Positions 59,670-64,000 of a stretch of 64,000 nt of DNA are shown here, piece after piece (position 1 is the stretch's first letter; the number at the start of each line of letters is the position of its first letter). Below the pieces are notes generated by a model that searched no databases, was not told the DNA's origin, and saw nothing but the letters and a program-made list of their open reading frames with translations. A program made the translations under genes and the position numbers. Source of the stretch: a virus; IMG/VR virus record IMGVR_UViG_3300022539_000562. One strand, written 5' to 3'.

Positions 59670-59932
59670 AATTTCATCTCCTTTTTTATTTCACAATATT
59701 TATGGACTAACTTTGTATATTCATCTGCCCACAAAACAGTATGAAATTTTTTTCTTTCTTTGGCAAGTGCATGTGCAATTTCGTGTAAAACCATTGCTAT
59801 ATTTAATTGGCGTCTATCAATCCATATTTGTTTATCTTCATACCAACAACAACTACCACTATTGGTTATTACTAGTTTCCAACCTACTAATCCTTCTTTT
59901 TTAAATATTGCTTCAATTTCTTCCCTTGTCAT
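59666..59932 (-). CDS. Small HEXXH zinc metalloprotease-like protein (SprT-like)
   Basis: VLHEIAHAL...H...W. Confidence 0.65.
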   Translation of the reverse strand: MTREEIEAIFKKEGLVGWKLVITNSGSCCWYEDKQIWIDRRQLNIAMVLHEIAHALAKERKKFHTVLWADEYTKLVHKYCEIKKEMKL

Positions 59933-59968
59933 TATTTTATATCCCTTTTATTTTACTAAATAAATTTT

Positions 59969-60439
59969 TTATATTTTATTTCTTTCTATTCCTAAAATTT
60001 CTAAAATATATCCTTTATCATAATAAAATCCATTTTTTAAATGATATTTTCCCCAAGAACATTTTTGTATATTAGGTAAATTCACATTTTTATCTACTTT
60101 ATTAATTTCTGATTTATGTTTCCCTTTAATTGATTGATAATACTGAATTGTATCAGTACCTATTTCTTGAAGATAAAAAGGTTTCATCAATTTTAAAAAT
60201 ACAGATTTATCAACTATAAAAAAAGTTATATCATCTACTCTTATTGTTTTTGACCATAATGAAGGAGAATAAACTCTTTCAACATCAATCATACCTTCAT
60301 CTATCAATATTTCATAAAACTTTTTATGACTACTCTGAAAAATATATGCACAAAAATTTTTATTCCCTAAGCGTATATATGAAGTAAGAAACCTTAATTT
60401 CTTGGGTAAATCTTTTAATTTCATTTTATTAATCACCAA
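59969..60439 (-). CDS. Hypothetical protein
   Basis: 156 aa. Confidence 0.5.
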   Translation of the reverse strand: MVINKMKLKDLPKKLRFLTSYIRLGNKNFCAYIFQSSHKKFYEILIDEGMIDVERVYSPSLWSKTIRVDDITFFIVDKSVFLKLMKPFYLQEIGTDTIQYYQSIKGKHKSEINKVDKNVNLPNIQKCSWGKYHLKNGFYYDKGYILEILGIERNKI

Positions 60440-60854
60440 TTAAAATTCCATTAAGATGGTCAATTTCATGTTGAATTACTATTGCCATCAAATTTTTAGT
60501 TTGAAATGTAAATATCTTATTATTTACATTTTTAGCAATTACTTTAATTTCTCTTGCTCTATTTATTGTATAACTCTTGCCAGGAAGACTTAAACATTCT
60601 TCCATCATACTTATTTTTCCCTTTTTCCAAACAATAACAGGATTAATCATTTCTATTATTTTACTATTCTTTCTAATGACAATTATCCTTTTTAGTATTC
60701 CAATTTGATTAGATGCAAGCCCCAAAGCATTATGCTCTTGTAAAGTATCTTTTAAATTTTCAACTAATTTACAAACACTACTGTCTATTTTATTTACTTT
60801 TTTTGCTTTTTCTCTTAACAAAGGAGAATCAAAAATTAAAATTTTCTTAATCAC
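60429..60854 (-). CDS. def: Peptide deformylase
   Basis: ALGLASNQIG; EECLSLP; QHEIDHLNG. Confidence 0.92.
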   Translation of the reverse strand: MIKKILIFDSPLLREKAKKVNKIDSSVCKLVENLKDTLQEHNALGLASNQIGILKRIIVIRKNSKIIEMINPVIVWKKGKISMMEECLSLPGKSYTINRAREIKVIAKNVNNKIFTFQTKNLMAIVIQHEIDHLNGILIGD

Positions 60855-60856
60855 CT

Positions 60857-62876
60857 TTATTTACTTTTCTTTTTAGATTTGACTTGTGCCTGTTTAATGC
60901 GAATTAATTTTTTATTAACTTCTTCTGTTACCAATTCTTCTGCTTTTTTGAATGCTTCTTTATAGTCTCCTTCTGCTAATTTTAATTCATCTGGTGCATC
61001 AGCACTACTCACTAATTTTACTTCTGCCTGAATTCTTGCACTTTCATAATTTCCTAAATTAATGGTTAATCCCATAGATACACTAACTGAATCTACAGAC
61101 CATTTTGTTTTTTTACCCATTATCTACCTCCTTAAAGGTTTCTTTATAATATTCTTTTAATTCATTCCAAACACCTTCACTACCTTTTTCTAATAGAATT
61201 TCATATACATCTTTTGCTCTTAAACCAGAACCATCATAATAACAAGGTTTACCATCTAAATATGGACAATTTTTAGTAGGTTTCTGTCCCTTATACATTG
61301 GTTTAAGACTATGATAACCTACATCAGCAGGTAAAGGCAAAAATCTTACTTTTATATCTAATAAATCTCCTATTCTTTTTCCTAAAAATTCTTCTGTAAC
61401 ATGTGGAAGTTGCCAATTAGTAAAAAGCACAAACTGAACAGCACCTTTTTCACCTTTTAAAACAAATCTTAAATCAACTCCGTATATTCCATAATTCTTT
61501 TTTGGGTCAGAATCTCTTCCATCATAAGCAGGACTAAATGTTATAATTTTTTCATATTTTTTATTCACTATTTCTCCTTATTTTTACATTCCTTTTATTT
61601 TTAAACTTAAACCTTCTTTTCTGCCTTTTATCAATCCATCTTTATGTCCTATATTGTGTGCTTCCTTTACTAATTCCTCCCAATCTTCTTTTAATCTACT
61701 TTTTAATAATCTAATAGCAACATCTACGGCACTTTCACTTGTTTCCTTTCCTATTTCATAAGGATAATTTTTAAGTATAAAATCTGCAAGTCTATCAATT
61801 TCACTTTCACAACTCATTATTTTTCCTTATTTTTACATTTTTCACAAATAAAACATATACCATTAAAATATCCTTCTTTGATAGAAACACCACAGAAATC
61901 ACATTTGCCTAAAAATTCTCCTGTTACTTCATCTATATTAACAGAATTCAATGGTAATTGCAAATCAAATTCTTTATCCCAATTAAACTTCCATTTCTTT
62001 GTATATTCCTTAAAAATTCTTAAATTAGGACTATCCAATAAACATTCTGGTATTTTCATATTCTTACATGCTTTTAATTTTTCTGTTAAATAAATAGGTG
62101 CTTTTCCTACAATACCTTCATTGTTTTGCATTAGAATACAAAAAACTACTGCTTGTCTTAAATTCATTTTTTCTCCTTTTAAATAATTTATTCTTGTTTT
62201 TCCTCACAGTTATCCCAACCATCATCATGTCCATCTTTATATCCTTCGTCATAAATTTTATGAAAAGCTTCTTCTAATTCATCAAAAAGAGAATCACTTA
62301 TATTTAATTTTTTTATTAATTCTTCCTTTGATATATCTACATTAATATATTTAATTAATAATTTAAGAAATCTTTCACTATTATTTTTCATTTTTCCTCC
62401 TTTTTAATTTCTTCAATTTTTGCTTCTCTAATCCTTGCTTCAAAATGCTTAATCTCATCCCACCTGAGATTAATGTCCCTTATAAACTCATTCATATCTT
62501 CTATGTCTACTTTAAAAGACCTAATTCCATATGTTCTTCTATAACCTACTTCATAATATTCCTCATTATCTCATTCATCTCTTTCGTATTTTTTAAGAAG
62601 TCCTTTCACTTATTACACCTCCTTTTGATGATTTTTATGCCATTTCATATGCTTTAATAACTCTCTTTTAGAACGCCCTCCATCTAACTCCTCTTTTAAA
62701 ACCATTATTGTAACTCCACAATAACGACATTTGCCCATATCACACCAAGGACAAATAACAGTTCCGCCCACAGAAGCACTTACAACAGGTTCTCCACACA
62801 TTATACAAGGAGCATTTTCATCATATTCTACTTCTATAACTTCTCCACTCATTAATGTATATTTAGCTTTTTTCAT
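60857..62876 (-). other. Run of hypothetical CDSs (60857-61120, 61113-61568, 61584-61817, 61817-62167, 62188-62391, 62613-62876)
   Basis: Co-oriented, coupled ORFs; several Zn-ribbon CxxC pairs. Confidence 0.55.
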
Positions 62877-63307
62877 TTTTCTAATCTCCTTTTTAAATAA
62901 TTTTTTATTTTGATATAAATAATTCTTATTATTTTTGTTATCAATATACTGATTATATTGTTATCGGTTATTTGTTTTATTTTTTGTTCATTATAATGTA
63001 ATTCGCTATGACAATTAAGACATAATATTTGACATTTTTCAATTTCTCGTAAAATCTTTTTTTTGCCAAATCCTATTCCTATCATATTATTAGGAGAAGT
63101 AAATTTCTCTTCTGGATTTCTGTGATGGAAACTTAATGCTCCTACACATTTATTATATCCACACCTTTCACATTTTAATTTAGATTTGTATTCTTTTAGC
63201 CAATCTCTTCTTTTCATTTTCGTTTTATATTTTTTCGGATTTTTCTTTAAAAAACTCTTCAAATGTTTCAACTTTTCCTTCAGCATAATCTTTACGTGAT
63301 TGTTCAA
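62873..63307 (-). CDS. HNH endonuclease-like protein
   Basis: CERCGY..LSFHH.NP..K..EIEKCQILCLNCHSELH. Confidence 0.75.
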   Translation of the reverse strand: MNNHVKIMLKEKLKHLKSFLKKNPKKYKTKMKRRDWLKEYKSKLKCERCGYNKCVGALSFHHRNPEEKFTSPNNMIGIGFGKKKILREIEKCQILCLNCHSELHYNEQKIKQITDNNIISILITKIIRIIYIKIKNYLKRRLEK

Positions 63308-63476
63308 TTTCTTTTATCACTTCTGAATTACTTACAAGTAATATATCTTCTAACTTCTTATCTAATTTTTTTATTATTTGTCTACACTTTTTTATCTCTT
63401 TTTCATAATTCTTTATATTTTTTTTATAATATTTTAGTTGGTCTTTCACAATTCTTATAATATCTGTATTACTCAT
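63225..63476 (-). CDS. Small protein with an antitoxin-like C-terminal motif
   Basis: EIEQSRKDYAEGKVETFEE. Confidence 0.4.
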   Translation of the reverse strand: MSNTDIIRIVKDQLKYYKKNIKNYEKEIKKCRQIIKKLDKKLEDILLVSNSEVIKEIEQSRKDYAEGKVETFEEFFKEKSEKI

Positions 63477-63491
63477 CTTTTTTTCACCTCC

Positions 63492-63836
63492 TTATTTTAT
63501 ATTAACATTTAGTAAAGCAGGATTTAAAATTGCTCCTTCTTTTTTATTAGCTTCTTCTCCTTCATCTTTTATCTGATATTCTATATTCCACCACTTTCTG
63601 AATTCCTCACCTCTTGGATGATATTTAGATATTGCACTTGCAATACAACCAGACTGAAATCCTGTTATTCCTAAGTCTCCAATTCCATCCCAAAATGCTT
63701 TCTTGCAATCCATATTTAAGTCAAGATTTTTTCCAACCTTTTCAACACATATTAAAACTGCCTCAGCATAAGGACTATTACTATTAATTTCTAAATATTC
63801 TTTGTATTTTTTTTCTAACCCTTTTTTAATTTTCAT
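63492..63836 (-). CDS. Hypothetical phage protein
   Basis: GITGFQ..C..HPRGEEFRKWWN. Confidence 0.6.
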   Translation of the reverse strand: MKIKKGLEKKYKEYLEINSNSPYAEAVLICVEKVGKNLDLNMDCKKAFWDGIGDLGITGFQSGCIASAISKYHPRGEEFRKWWNIEYQIKDEGEEANKKEGAILNPALLNVNIK

Positions 63837-64000
63837 TTTTCCTCTTTGTTTTTAATAAATATTTTATTATTTTCTCCATATTTGATTAATTTTCACTATT
63901 AAATTTGCAATATAAATAAATGCATATAGAATGCCAATAAATGCTCCTAAAAAAAGTATGATTGTTAAAAAGAATACTCCTAATTGTATTAAATAATCCA

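Noticed and set aside
7452-62913. Numerous + strand ORFs and short nested - strand ORFs (e.g. 7452, 10468, 16372, 18074, 42163, 47632)
   Set aside because: Antisense or alternative-frame shadows of well-supported genes, with low-complexity F/L/I/S composition; only the 36628..37284 nested ORF has independent motif support

Overview
A 64 kb segment of a large, very AT-rich dsDNA bacteriophage genome. Standard genetic code; almost everything is on the minus strand except three genes at the left edge (a two-domain endolysin running off the window, a TnsA/gp4-like nuclease and an HNH). Left to right it holds: (1) 26 CCA-to-5' abutting tRNA genes covering all 20 amino acids, interrupted by two free-standing HNH genes; (2) a 661-aa TerD-like protein flanked by two families of repeated, covarying structured non-coding elements; (3) holin, exonuclease, ParB-like, terminase, RuvC, RNase HII and Cas4-like genes; (4) a glycosyltransferase/methyltransferase cluster directly downstream of ribosomal protein bL27 and an HslV-like protease; (5) a replication block (RecA, DnaE, nucleoside deoxyribosyltransferase, SSB, DnaG, DnaB, several DNA methyltransferases); (6) a long run of small accessory genes with paralog families, orphan antitoxin-like domains, RNA ligase, a Pol-beta nucleotidyltransferase and peptide deformylase. 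Most unusual observations: a 95-nt tmRNA-like RNA with only the tRNA-like domain (44220-44314); both tRNA-Ile genes built on long-variable-arm Tyr-type scaffolds while all three tRNA-Leu have short arms; four copies of a tetraloop-capped RNA motif around the TerD-like gene; and a phage-borne bL27. Protein family calls come from motif recognition by eye, not from database searches.
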